The translations under genes were made by a program, and so were the position numbers. The notes beneath the pieces were generated by a model. The model was not told the origin of the DNA. It made no database searches and was given only the letters and a program-made list of their open reading frames with translations. Positions 8,464 through 18,009 of a stretch of 35,745 nt of DNA are shown here, in pieces. Numbering within the stretch: position 1 is the first letter of the stretch; the number at the start of each line of letters is the position of its first letter. This stretch comes from an uncultured Eubacterium sp. (lineage in GTDB: Bacteria > Bacillota > Clostridia > Peptostreptococcales > Anaerovoracaceae), in NCBI GenBank assembly GCA_964613765.1, contig CAZTIY010000002.1, positions 1 through 35,745 of the forward strand, given 5' to 3'.

Positions 8464-9798
8464 TTAATTATCAGAATCATGATCCCGTAATAAGTAAGGC
8501 TCGTAGTATTTCGCAAGTCCGCCTATGCCGGTTTCTCTGTAATTCCTCATAAGGTCGCGGCCTGTTTCGAACATTACCCGTACAACCATGTCGAAGCTGA
8601 TTTTTCTTGAATCGGCGAGGAAGTTGGCGAGCGACATCGCGTTTAACGCGCGCATCGCCGCGACCGCGTTACGTTCGATACAGGGAATCTGCACGAGGCC
8701 GCCTATAGGATCACAGGTCAGGCCGAGGTGATGCTCCAGCGCGACTTCTGCCGCGTAATCTATCTGCCCGGAATCCATTTCAAACAGTTCGGCGAGAGCC
8801 GCAGACGCCATGGAACAGGCTGATCCGATCTCTGCCTGGCATCCGCATTCGGCGCCGCTTACGGATGCGTTTGTCTTGATAAGATTCCCTATTATTCCGC
8901 CCGTTGCAAGAGCGTGCAGCAGTTCTGTATCGGAGAATCCCCGTGTATCCTGCATATAGCAAAGGACAGCGGGAACCACTCCGCATGAGCCGCATGTCGG
9001 TGCGGTCACAATTTCTCCCCCGGCCGCGTTTTCTTCGCTTGCGGCAAAAGCGTACGCACAGACGATCCTGTTTTCTCTCGTTTCCCGTGTCTCGTCCATA
9101 TGCCTCTGTCTGAAAAGATGTTTAGCCCTTCGCTGTGTGTGAAGACCTCCTTCAAGTTCGCCTTCCGCGGAAAGCCCCCTGTTTACGCTTGCACGCATTG
9201 TATTAAGGATTTGAGAAAGATAATCCCATATTTCTTTTCCCTCATACTTCTCCGCATACTGCCATATTCTGATATTATTCTCCTGACAGTAAGCCGAAAT
9301 CTCAGCAAGGCTGTTATGAGGATAAACTTCAGGATGAGAATCGGATTCAGAGTATGAACCGGACTGACCCTGTGAATCTGACTCAACTGACATTCCGGGA
9401 GGATCAAGGGTGTCAGACAGACATGATGTATGTTGCGAATCAGCGTCGGACTCCTCTCTCTCCCAGAGTATATCACCGCCGCCTATGCTGTAAACCCTGC
9501 CGCTTCCCAGAAGCGTGCCGTCTTTATACGCGCGGAGATCCATCGTATTCTGATATTTTTCGCACTCTGTCTCCCTGTCGAAAATGATTTCGGAGGGGAC
9601 GGGAAGAAAAGCCTCCCTGATAACTTTATCGGTCATGTGCCCTTTGCCTGTATGCGCGAGAGATCCGTAGAGCGTTACAGAAAATCTGTCGGCGCCGGGA
9701 TAAAGCGACCGGAACTCCCGGGATGCGCGGTCAGGACCGATGGAATGTGACGAGGACGGACCTCTTCCTATTTTATATAACTGTCTCAGTGATTGCAT
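8464..9798 (-). CDS. sdaA: Fe-S-dependent L-serine ammonia-lyase, single-chain form
   Basis: GPSSSHSIGP, LYGSLA, APTCGSCG, GCQAEIG, LGLTCDP, QIPCIERN; Ser/Asp-rich linker insertion. Confidence 0.92.
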   Translation of the reverse strand: MQSLRQLYKIGRGPSSSHSIGPDRASREFRSLYPGADRFSVTLYGSLAHTGKGHMTDKVIREAFLPVPSEIIFDRETECEKYQNTMDLRAYKDGTLLGSGRVYSIGGGDILWEREESDADSQHTSCLSDTLDPPGMSVESDSQGQSGSYSESDSHPEVYPHNSLAEISAYCQENNIRIWQYAEKYEGKEIWDYLSQILNTMRASVNRGLSAEGELEGGLHTQRRAKHLFRQRHMDETRETRENRIVCAYAFAASEENAAGGEIVTAPTCGSCGVVPAVLCYMQDTRGFSDTELLHALATGGIIGNLIKTNASVSGAECGCQAEIGSACSMASAALAELFEMDSGQIDYAAEVALEHHLGLTCDPIGGLVQIPCIERNAVAAMRALNAMSLANFLADSRKISFDMVVRVMFETGRDLMRNYRETGIGGLAKYYEPYLLRDHDSDN

Positions 9799-9842
9799 AA
9801 TATGCTCCGTTCTTCTGCTTCATACATGACGAACCGGCTTTC

Positions 9843-9933
9843 AGCGGTTTATAAATAGCGCTGTCTTTAAACTTAAGCGCACATTAAGGCTCATCGTGGT
9901 TTTAAGCGGTTTAAAAATAATGCTGTCTTTAAA
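9843..9933. repeat. 29-bp imperfect direct repeat, two copies 62 bp apart, upstream of sdaA
   Basis: agcggtttataaatagcgctgtctttaaa vs agcggtttaaaaataatgctgtctttaaa. Confidence 0.8.
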
Positions 9934-9981
9934 TTCATAAAGTCTGTTTCCTTCTGAAAAGCCGGTCAGGCGCTGACGGCC

Positions 9982-12054
9982 TCACTTTTTTGTCATCAGT
10001 ACCACGCACTCAATTTTGCCTGTATTCGGAAACATGTCAACAGGGCAGGTCTTTCTCAGCCGGTACCCTCCGTCCGAAAGGAGCCTTATGTCTCTTGCCA
10101 TGGTTGCGGGTTCGCAGGAAACATAGATGATCCGGTCGGGAAATACGCGTATCACAGCATCGATCAGCTCCTTTCTGCAGCCCGCGCGCGGCGGATCCAG
10201 AATGACAACGGCAGGTTTACCGATATATATATTACCGGAGATTTCCTGTTCTATGAGCGACGGTTCACTGCCCCCGCGATTGATTCCAAAAATTCCGGTC
10301 TTCTGATGTCCGGCCTCTTCAGCCTCAACGAGAGAAGGAAGTATATCCTCGGCTCTTCCTTTGATAAACCGCGCGTTTACGATTCCGTTAATCACCGCGT
10401 TCCGGTTGGCGTCACGCACCGCCGCTCCGTCTGATTCTATACCGGTAAGCCGGATACCGCCGTTCATCCTGCGGGAAAGATAAATTCCGATTGCGCCCGG
10501 GCCACAGTAAATATCAAGGACGCTGTCTCCCGGGGAAAGACAGGCGTATTCAAAAATTTTATCATATAGTTTTTCCGTCAAAACGGAATTTACCTGCCAG
10601 AATGCCCCGGGTGATGTCTCGAACGGAACGTCACCGACAGCCTCGTGAAGTGTCGCGGCTCCGTCCAGTCTGATAAGTTCCCCTTCTTCCGTCTTCCCGT
10701 GTTTCTCCTGAAACGGCTCAATATATATACCCGTCAGGTGCCAGTCCGGGGAACAGTCCGTGACGCCGGAGTCTGCGGCGCAGGATTCACCGGTGACACA
10801 GGTATCCGCGGCGTGAAAATCGGCCGGTATTCCCGTACCGGACAGTGATATTGTCCCGCTTTCGGTTTCCGGACCGGGCATATCCTCTTCCGGCGGGCCC
10901 GCATAAAGTCCGTATATCTCATCTTCCAGAAAATCGACGAAAGTTTCCCAGTCCGGAAGTTCTTTTCCGTGAACCGATAATATGACTGTGACTTCGCCGG
11001 TACTGAATGAACTTCTGACCGTCATGGAGCGCAAAAGCCCCTCCCCTGTCACGGGATCCCACGCGCGGATTCCGCTCTCCGTCATGTACTTTCTGAGTGC
11101 GCGGGCGCATGCGTTAGCTGAAGGAGCCTGTACGGGACAAAAATCAATGTCAACAATCCTGTGTGATTTCGCCTCATAAAAGCCCGTCAGGACCTCACTT
11201 TCGCCGGCGGCGGAAACCGGTTTGTCATTATTATTGTAATTGTACTGTTTCCTCTGATTTTCAGGTGCGCCTTCCGGAGAATCCCCGTTATTCTTATTAT
11301 TATCCGCCCCGTTATCCGCCGCACCGCCGCGATGATCCGTTCCATCTTCCGCCGCGTTTCCCGCGTTTACCTTCTTTCCTATCCGGTAGACAGCCTTGTT
11401 CCGGTAACAGACGGGGGCGCTGCCCATGCCGGCTGACATATCAACAGCGATTCCGGGTTCTGCTTCAATCCCGGCCGGCGTGATGCCATTGCCGCACGTC
11501 AAGTTTTCCGCCCTGGTCGGCATACCATTCACTCCTGCCGGTGCGGGACTTGCACCGGTGGACATATTTCCAGCGTTTCTCGGTTCTGCTTCAATCCCGG
11601 CCGGCGTGATGCACGCAGTTGTCATTTCTCCGTTTTCTGTTCGCGCGCCGGTACCGGACGCTGTGCTTTCCGTGTCGGAGTACACGCCGTACATTCCGAT
11701 TACGGGCTCTATATCCGGCGCGGTCTCTCCCGAAATCCGGGCGAGAACACTTGAAATACGGCGCGCTTTCAGCCTGAGCTGCGCCTCATATTTAAGTTTC
11801 CCGAAGGGACATCCGCCGCAGACATCGAGCGCGGCGCAGTAGGGCCTATCCGACCGGTCCGCGGAAAATTCCGGTATTTCCGCAAGCTCGGCCTCCGCAT
11901 ATCTTTTCTTCACGGCCGTCACGCGGCATCTTACTCTGTCTCCGGGAAGAGCGGATCTTACGAAAACGGTTCTTCCGTCCGGCGCGCGTCCCACTCCTCT
12001 GCCGTCCTCTGTCGCGTCGGTTATATATACTTCGAAAACATCCGCCTTCTCCAT
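9982..12054 (-). CDS. rlmD: 23S rRNA (uracil-C5)-methyltransferase RlmD/RlmCD with large loop insertions
   Basis: TRAM N-terminus, C..CGGC..C Fe-S ligands, YRNK, FWQVN, DIYCGPG, LDPPRAG, YVSCEPATMARD, DMFPNT. Confidence 0.9.
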   Translation of the reverse strand: MEKADVFEVYITDATEDGRGVGRAPDGRTVFVRSALPGDRVRCRVTAVKKRYAEAELAEIPEFSADRSDRPYCAALDVCGGCPFGKLKYEAQLRLKARRISSVLARISGETAPDIEPVIGMYGVYSDTESTASGTGARTENGEMTTACITPAGIEAEPRNAGNMSTGASPAPAGVNGMPTRAENLTCGNGITPAGIEAEPGIAVDMSAGMGSAPVCYRNKAVYRIGKKVNAGNAAEDGTDHRGGAADNGADNNKNNGDSPEGAPENQRKQYNYNNNDKPVSAAGESEVLTGFYEAKSHRIVDIDFCPVQAPSANACARALRKYMTESGIRAWDPVTGEGLLRSMTVRSSFSTGEVTVILSVHGKELPDWETFVDFLEDEIYGLYAGPPEEDMPGPETESGTISLSGTGIPADFHAADTCVTGESCAADSGVTDCSPDWHLTGIYIEPFQEKHGKTEEGELIRLDGAATLHEAVGDVPFETSPGAFWQVNSVLTEKLYDKIFEYACLSPGDSVLDIYCGPGAIGIYLSRRMNGGIRLTGIESDGAAVRDANRNAVINGIVNARFIKGRAEDILPSLVEAEEAGHQKTGIFGINRGGSEPSLIEQEISGNIYIGKPAVVILDPPRAGCRKELIDAVIRVFPDRIIYVSCEPATMARDIRLLSDGGYRLRKTCPVDMFPNTGKIECVVLMTKK
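11456..11612. repeat. In-frame internal duplication in rlmD (126-bp period)
   Basis: 31-bp exact repeat ggttctgcttcaatcccggccggcgtgatgc at 11456 and 11582, encoding ITPAGIEAEP twice. Confidence 0.9.
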
Positions 12055-12187
12055 TGTCTCTCCTTAAAAATCCTGAAATACGCCCCCGGACTCGCGTTCA
12101 CCCGAAAACAATTCCGATTACATAGGAAGCAGATAATACTTTCAATCCGCATTTATTCACCCGCCACTGATTTTACGGCAAAACGGC

Positions 12188-12239
12188 AAAAAATATCAAC
12201 CCCCGCAGGCCTGTAATAAGACATCGCGGGGGCTGTTTT
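12188..12239 (-). terminator. Probable intrinsic terminator after the anti-sigma gene
   Basis: cccccgc / gcggggg stem flanked by A- and T-runs. Confidence 0.5.
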
Positions 12240-12269
12240 ATTCTGTTTCGTGAAATCCGGTCTTTTATA

Positions 12270-12388
12270 ATTTTATCCGCGATTCCGGAGAAATCTTATC
12301 TGTGAATCCGGGGCAGGCTTATTCGGAATCGGAAATAATCTTATCCGTGATTCCGGAGCAATCTATCCGTGAATCCGAACCGTGACTT
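12270..12388. repeat. Degenerate tandem repeat, about 5 units of 23-24 bp
   Basis: Recurrent ttatccgtga(t/a)tccgg core. Confidence 0.8.
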
Positions 12389-12389
12389 A

Positions 12390-13937
12390 TCAGTCATCCC
12401 TGTCCTTATCATGACCGATTACTCTTCCTGTCGCAGCGTCTATTTCATAATCATATTCATAGCCGCCGCTTCTGAATTCCACTTCATATACGGTACGTCC
12501 GTCGTCTCTGTCAAGTTTCGCCCTGATGTAATTGACAGAGGATGATTTTAATCCGGCATGCTGAAGAGCGATTGTCTTAGCCTTTTCAGAACTGATATAA
12601 CTCCCGGATGAGGATTTTCCGGAACTCTGCGATGAGCCGCCGCCGTTCCCGTTTCCGGCCGTCGAACCGCTGTTCGATCCGGACCCGCCGTTAGAGTTCG
12701 AACCGCTGCCGGAGTTCGTGCCGTCCTGATAATTTGACCCGGCATATCCCCCGCGTCCGTAATACTCGTCCCTTTCTCTGCTGTGCCCGACAATGGCGCC
12801 GTTCGTCGCGTTTATTTCATAATCGTACTCATAGCCGCCGCTCGCGAAATCCACATCATATACCATGATGCCGTCGTCGAAATCCATCGTTACGTTGCAG
12901 TATCTCGCGGAACTCTGTGAAACGCCGGCGTCGCCGAACGCTATCGTCTTCGCCTTTGATTCGCCGATATACGCCCCGTCACTCGCGTTTCCGGTGCTTG
13001 TGACCGTATCGGGTACAATATCACGCGAATTCAGGAGAAGATTGAGCTCGTTTATCGTCATTCCGGCAAGTTCCTGCGTTGTGTATCTGTTGTCCTTCGC
13101 GGCGATACTCTGAACGAGTTCGGCCTTTCCCGCGGTAATCCCGTAGAGCTCCATCAGTTTGCTGATCTCGTCACTCATCGTCACACTCTGGGTAAGGACG
13201 GCGCCGTTTATATTCTTGGAGCTCAGGACATCCCCGACTTCCCTCGTAAGTTCATCCAGAATCGCCTGCGAACTTTGGGCATCCTTTCCGTCCACGCTTA
13301 TCAGAATTGAATTTTCTATTTCACTTATATAACCCTTGGTGAGCATGGAGCCGACGAGCGCGTTCACTGTAACATCGAGGTCGCTGCCCTTGAAATCCAT
13401 GTCGCCTATGATTCCCGCCGCTTCCTCATTAAGGGGCGTCACGTCAATCACGTCTTCATCCCTGCTTACCGTTATCTCTATACTCGGGTTCACATCAAGC
13501 GAGACGGTAGAGGCCACGGTGTAATGGGAGTTATAAAAGCTGTACCCGCCGATGCCGCCGACCACGACCAGAAGGGCCGCAGCGATTGCAAGGATCTTTC
13601 CGAATGAAGATTTTTTAGCCTTCTTCTCTTTTACCGGTTCGGGAGGCACACTCCCGGAGGACGCGTACCGCGGATCGGGCGCGGGTGAAGCGGTTCTCTG
13701 TGAACTGCCTGAGTTATCCGGTGTCCGGTATGTGTTTCCGGACTGCGCGGACGGTGCTTCCCTCGCGGGTACCGTGTTTACTACAGATGACGCCGCGTCC
13801 GCCGGTTGCGGCATCCCTTCCGCCTGAACGTTATCTTTGCCGTATGCGCTGACATCGGCGATTATCGAATCCTTGAGATCCGGCGCGACACGCTCATAAG
13901 CGTTCGCTATCTTATTCTCGATTTTATCGTTGCTCAT
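12390..13937 (-). CDS. RsgI-like membrane anti-sigma factor with two C-terminal PepSY domains
   Basis: Single TM helix, VSLDVNPSIEI RsgI periplasmic motif, two YI..AKTIA..YxVxF..YEYDYEIxAxxG PepSY repeats separated by a Gly/Ser linker; GGGAGGA SD. Confidence 0.85.
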   Translation of the reverse strand: MSNDKIENKIANAYERVAPDLKDSIIADVSAYGKDNVQAEGMPQPADAASSVVNTVPAREAPSAQSGNTYRTPDNSGSSQRTASPAPDPRYASSGSVPPEPVKEKKAKKSSFGKILAIAAALLVVVGGIGGYSFYNSHYTVASTVSLDVNPSIEITVSRDEDVIDVTPLNEEAAGIIGDMDFKGSDLDVTVNALVGSMLTKGYISEIENSILISVDGKDAQSSQAILDELTREVGDVLSSKNINGAVLTQSVTMSDEISKLMELYGITAGKAELVQSIAAKDNRYTTQELAGMTINELNLLLNSRDIVPDTVTSTGNASDGAYIGESKAKTIAFGDAGVSQSSARYCNVTMDFDDGIMVYDVDFASGGYEYDYEINATNGAIVGHSRERDEYYGRGGYAGSNYQDGTNSGSGSNSNGGSGSNSGSTAGNGNGGGSSQSSGKSSSGSYISSEKAKTIALQHAGLKSSSVNYIRAKLDRDDGRTVYEVEFRSGGYEYDYEIDAATGRVIGHDKDRDD

Positions 13938-13939
13938 TG

Positions 13940-14515
13940 TCAATCCTCCCGTAACAGATTATTCAACTTATCCAGCGCCCTGTCGTACTTTGAGAGAACC
14001 GTGGACAGCGGCAGGTCGAGCAGCTCTCCTATCTCCCTGTGTTTAAGACCCGCCACGGCGTGAAGCACGACTATACGCTGATCCTCGGGCGACAGTTCTT
14101 CAAGACAGGTCCTGAGAATAAGCATTTCCTCGGCAGACGCTCCGTTGGACGCCGCCCTTTTCTCAATGCGTCTTTTCAGTGAATCGTCGTCCGCCGGCGC
14201 GGTTCTGGCGTCCTCGCTGAACTTTTTAAGGCAGAGGTTCTTCGCTATCGTAAGTATCCAGCCGAAAGGATTACCCTGACTCTTATATGTGCCTGCCCGT
14301 GTGTAAATATTCACATAGCAGTCATGCAGAACATCTTCAGTGTCAGCGACATTCTTCATGAAAGACAAAACATAGCCGAATACCGCCGCCCTCGTGCAGT
14401 CGTAAAATTCCGCGAGAGCCCCGGTGTCCCCTTTCGACATCCTTAAAATCAGCTCATCGATGTGTTCCTGACCGGGTCTTAATGTTTCATTACTTTCCGT
14501 TACTGCAGCTACCAT
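13940..14515 (-). CDS. ECF-type sigma-70 factor
   Basis: Region 2 (EDVLHD..WILTIAKNL) and region 4 (GLKHREIGELLDLPLSTVLSKY); start 14515 or 14524. Confidence 0.9.
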   Translation of the reverse strand: MVAAVTESNETLRPGQEHIDELILRMSKGDTGALAEFYDCTRAAVFGYVLSFMKNVADTEDVLHDCYVNIYTRAGTYKSQGNPFGWILTIAKNLCLKKFSEDARTAPADDDSLKRRIEKRAASNGASAEEMLILRTCLEELSPEDQRIVVLHAVAGLKHREIGELLDLPLSTVLSKYDRALDKLNNLLRED

Positions 14516-14762
14516 AACATGCATGCTCCTTTCGTTATGTATATCTTTCAGGAAGGCATTTTATCGCATCAAAACTAAAAATTATCGGACAAAATTATTA
14601 CAGAATTATTAACAATTATAAATTTCCCCTGTTATCCGCGTCCGGACAGGCTGCGGTCAAACTCATATTTCTCTTAAATGCTCCCGCCCGCGTCCGGAAA
14701 TGTCCTGATTTATCAATCGTTTCTTTCGTAACCCCGATCCGGGCGAACGCGCGGATAAAAGC

Positions 14763-15728
14763 TCAGGTCTGTCCCGGGCTGTTCTTCTCTGCAGCCGCCG
14801 CGGCGTCCATAATCCTCTTCAATCTGCCGTTAACGCCGGATTTCCCGAGCGGCGGATCAAGGAACTCTCCGAGTTCCGCAATGCTTGCGTACGGATGCTC
14901 CAGCCTCAGTTCACCGAGTTCTCTCAGCTTCACGGAAAGGCTCTCCCACCTCCCGCTCTCTTTCAGCGCCCGTATCGCCCTCACCTGTTTTTCTGAAGCG
15001 TCGATAAGCCTGTCCGTATTCGCCGTGTCACAGTTTGTCTCTCTCACAGTCTGATTGAGAACCTGCTTTTTTATCAGTATATCCTCAAGCTTCAGCATCT
15101 GTCTGTGCGCGCCCATTAAGGCGAGCATATCGCTCACGTTCTGCGCGCTCTTAAGATATACTACATAGCGCCCGTCTCTTACTGCCACACTCGCCGAAAG
15201 GTCGTCAAATGTATGGATGAGCCTTCGGATGTCGTGCGCCAGCACTTCCGAGTTAAGAACAAACTCGAGATCATAGCTCTTTTCCGGATTTGTCACCGTG
15301 CCGGCGCCCAGGAACAGCCCTCTGAGACAGGCTCTCCGGCAGCACTTCTTTCTGAGAAGTCCTTCATATATCCCGTCACTGATATAATTATTCCCCTCGC
15401 GGATCATGAGGATCCCTGTCTCGCGGAGTATTGCCTCGCTGTTCATCTCCGGCCCGACCGTCAGATTATACAGTCTGCCTTTTCCGAACGGAGTTTTTTC
15501 CGTCACTGTGATACCGGCCTCAACGCGGAAATAATCCTGAATGAGCGTCCTGTAATGACGTGCCGCGGCGGGATTGTCCGTCTGGCAGATTATCCTGAAC
15601 TGTCCCCGCCCGGCGAGACTTACGCTTCCCGCGACTCTTAAAAAGCCCGCGATCTCCGCGAGTTCACAGCACTTTCTGCCCGGCTGAACGCGGGCGAGCT
15701 CCATTTTTGTGTCCTGCGAGAAAGACAT
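14763..15728 (-). CDS. whiA: DNA-binding protein WhiA
   Basis: MSFSQDTKMEL, LRGLFLGAGTVTNPEKSYDLE, NCDTAN, LGKSGVNGRL. Confidence 0.93.
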   Translation of the reverse strand: MSFSQDTKMELARVQPGRKCCELAEIAGFLRVAGSVSLAGRGQFRIICQTDNPAAARHYRTLIQDYFRVEAGITVTEKTPFGKGRLYNLTVGPEMNSEAILRETGILMIREGNNYISDGIYEGLLRKKCCRRACLRGLFLGAGTVTNPEKSYDLEFVLNSEVLAHDIRRLIHTFDDLSASVAVRDGRYVVYLKSAQNVSDMLALMGAHRQMLKLEDILIKKQVLNQTVRETNCDTANTDRLIDASEKQVRAIRALKESGRWESLSVKLRELGELRLEHPYASIAELGEFLDPPLGKSGVNGRLKRIMDAAAAAEKNSPGQT

Positions 15729-15940
15729 TTTACATTTCCCTTTCCCTGCCGGAGAACGACATCTCTGACTTCCCGCACGGGAATGACATCTGAAATTTTA
15801 CCATGCGGGAACGGCATAACAATATTCCGCCATGATTCCGCCATACGAGCACGACATCCGGTATCATCCGCGCGAAAACGAAACCTCTGCATTTTCAAAC
15901 CCGGAAAAGAAAGTCCCGTATTCCCGCGCGAGGATAATTC

Positions 15941-16813
15941 TCATATCTCTCTGTGCGAGATCGTCACGCTGTAGCCTTCTTCCCGTAAAATCCGCGCGAA
16001 CTCTTCCGCGATGACAACCGACCTGTGCTGTCCTCCGGTGCATCCGAAAGCTATATTAAGGTGATTTTTCTCTTCTTCCTGGAAACGCGGTATCAGACTC
16101 TCCGTCATGACTTTAAGGTCAGTGATAAAAGACTGACCCGCGTCGTTTTCCAACACAAAACGCCTGACCTCAGGATCTTTTCCGGTGAGTTTCCTGAGTT
16201 CCGGAACATAAAACGGGTTTTTCAGGAATCTTACATCCAGTACCATATCGGATTCCTGAGGTATGCCGTTTTTAAACCCGAACGACTGGATATAAATCGA
16301 GAACATGTGTGCCTTGTCCTTTATATTAAGGAAAAATTCGTCCATCTCACGGTCGAATTCCGACATTTTCATATTCGTCGTATCTATTATATAGTCCGCC
16401 CGGGCCTTTACCTCCTTAAAAAGAGTCTTCTCATATTCTATCGCTTCTCTTGTCGTCCTTCCGTCCCTTGCGAGTGGATGGTTCCGCCGCGTTTCGCTGT
16501 ACCTCCTGATTAGATTTTCGACGGAGGCCTCCATGTACAGCAGCCGGAAGTCAATTCCCTCCTGATGCTCCAGAAAATCCAGCGTTCTGTTCAGGTCGCG
16601 GAAAAACTGACTGCTCCTTATATCGCAGACAAAGGCCGCCTTATTGATACCTCCTCCGTACATGGTCAGTTCCAGAAAATTCCGGATAAGAGCGGGAGGC
16701 ATATTATCGATACAGTAGAAGCCGTGATCCTCGAAATAATCAGCGGCATGGGTCTTACCCGCGCCGGAGAGTCCGGTTATGAGCACTGCCTGGGTTTTTT
16801 CACCGGTTTCCAA
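15941..16813 (-). CDS. rapZ: RNase adapter RapZ/YvcJ P-loop protein
   Basis: ITGLSGAGKT, CIDNMPP, ETRRNHPL, SFGFKNG, DVRFLKNP, GCTGGQHRSV; TTG start after GGAGG. Confidence 0.93.
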   Translation of the reverse strand: METGEKTQAVLITGLSGAGKTHAADYFEDHGFYCIDNMPPALIRNFLELTMYGGGINKAAFVCDIRSSQFFRDLNRTLDFLEHQEGIDFRLLYMEASVENLIRRYSETRRNHPLARDGRTTREAIEYEKTLFKEVKARADYIIDTTNMKMSEFDREMDEFFLNIKDKAHMFSIYIQSFGFKNGIPQESDMVLDVRFLKNPFYVPELRKLTGKDPEVRRFVLENDAGQSFITDLKVMTESLIPRFQEEEKNHLNIAFGCTGGQHRSVVIAEEFARILREEGYSVTISHREI

Positions 16814-16839
16814 ATCAAGTCCTCCTGTCGGTATCGCTG

Positions 16840-17103
16840 CCGTGCGCCGGAAATTCCTTTAACAGACGGTACACGTCAATCCGGCCCGTATGCCGCCCGC
16901 CGGAAATTTCTATATCAGGCGGGACACGGCAATCCGGCCCCTCTACCCGCCGGGAATTTCTGTATCAGACGGGGCACGGCGATTCGGCCCCGCTGCTCGC
17001 CGGCGCAGCGAATTCCAGTGCCTTCAGTGGCACGGCGATTCGGCCCGTATGCCGCCCGCCGAAAATTTCTGTATCAGGCGGGACACGGCGACCCGGCCCG
17101 CGT
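16840..17103. repeat. Intergenic tandem array, about 5 units of 50-56 bp
   Basis: Units start at about 16878, 16931, 16981 and 17037 with (a/g)at(c/t)cggccc...cacggc; units 1 and 4 are nearly identical. Confidence 0.85.
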
Positions 17104-17105
17104 TT

Positions 17106-17894
17106 TTATTCCGGGTCGGGAAGCGCCTCTATATTTACGATACGGGAAACATCGAGCCCCGCGCTTATCGCGCGGACAAGTCCCGCCCTGAAATCACCGA
17201 CTCTCTCCGGTGTATGCGCGTCGCTGCTTATAATAAATTTCACATCTTCTGTCATGGCCGTCCGGATCTCGTCAACAGTCAGATGGCCGTGGCGCGTGTT
17301 TATCTCCATCAGCGTTTCCGTGTCCGCGCAGGCTCTTGCCACCTCATCCATATATACGGGGGCTTTGTCTCCGGGATGCGTCAGTATTCTGATATCATTA
17401 TCATAAAGTGCTTTCAGATACATGTCCGTGTTCACACGGGCCAGTCTCTTCTCTTCTGTTTCTCCGGGCCTTATCCTTGCGGCAAGCCGGTTTCTTACGC
17501 ATTTTCCCTTTCTGACGCCGTAATGATATCCCGCTATGAGAAAGTCGAACGCCTCAAGCTCATCCTCCGACACATCGATACCGGATTCCGTGTCCAGGAT
17601 ATTCGCTTCCACCGACATATATATTCTAAGGCCCGGCCGGTTACGGCCCGCCTCCTCTATCTCGGCCCGTTCCTTCGCGAAATCGGCTTCCCTTATTCCG
17701 TAGAAAAGATGCCCCGGTCCGTGGTCGGAAATCGCGACAGCGATAAGACCTTTCCTTACCGCTTCATCCGCGTTCTCCGCGACTGTCCCGCGTCCGTGAG
17801 GCTTAAACAAGCCGCGTGAATATACCGTGTGTGTATGCAGATCGAAAGTCATCCGGAACCTGTCCGGATTTATTAAGCTGCCCGTTTCTACCAT
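17106..17894 (-). CDS. PHP-domain phosphoesterase
   Basis: DLHTHT, ISDHG, THP, MEIN, SSDAH metal ligands; conserved position between murB and rapZ; start may be 17852. Confidence 0.88.
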   Translation of the reverse strand: MVETGSLINPDRFRMTFDLHTHTVYSRGLFKPHGRGTVAENADEAVRKGLIAVAISDHGPGHLFYGIREADFAKERAEIEEAGRNRPGLRIYMSVEANILDTESGIDVSEDELEAFDFLIAGYHYGVRKGKCVRNRLAARIRPGETEEKRLARVNTDMYLKALYDNDIRILTHPGDKAPVYMDEVARACADTETLMEINTRHGHLTVDEIRTAMTEDVKFIISSDAHTPERVGDFRAGLVRAISAGLDVSRIVNIEALPDPE

Positions 17895-18009
17895 CAGTTA
17901 TACGATTCTCACCCTGTTTGCCGGTTCAATACTCATACGATTACGTTTTATTTTACATAACTCATTAACCTGTTATGTTATACGCTTCTCAGAACGTATG
18001 TTCCGCAAG

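Noticed and set aside
11187-11691. Intein within RlmD
   Set aside because: No intein terminal motifs or homing endonuclease; inserts are low-complexity
12270-12388. Possible mini-CRISPR or iteron array
   Set aside because: Head-to-tail degenerate units without unique spacers; no rep or cas gene nearby
12663-12676. Second perfect CGAAC-N4-GTTCG match
   Set aside because: Lies inside the Gly/Ser linker codons of the anti-sigma gene, with no promoter nearby
16840-17103. Possible CRISPR array
   Set aside because: Whole units repeat, including the would-be spacers (units 1 and 4 nearly identical); no cas genes in the window
16890-17819. 309-aa plus-strand ORF with repeated peptides (also 16565..17191)
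   Set aside because: Translation of the tandem array plus the antisense strand of PHP/rapZ
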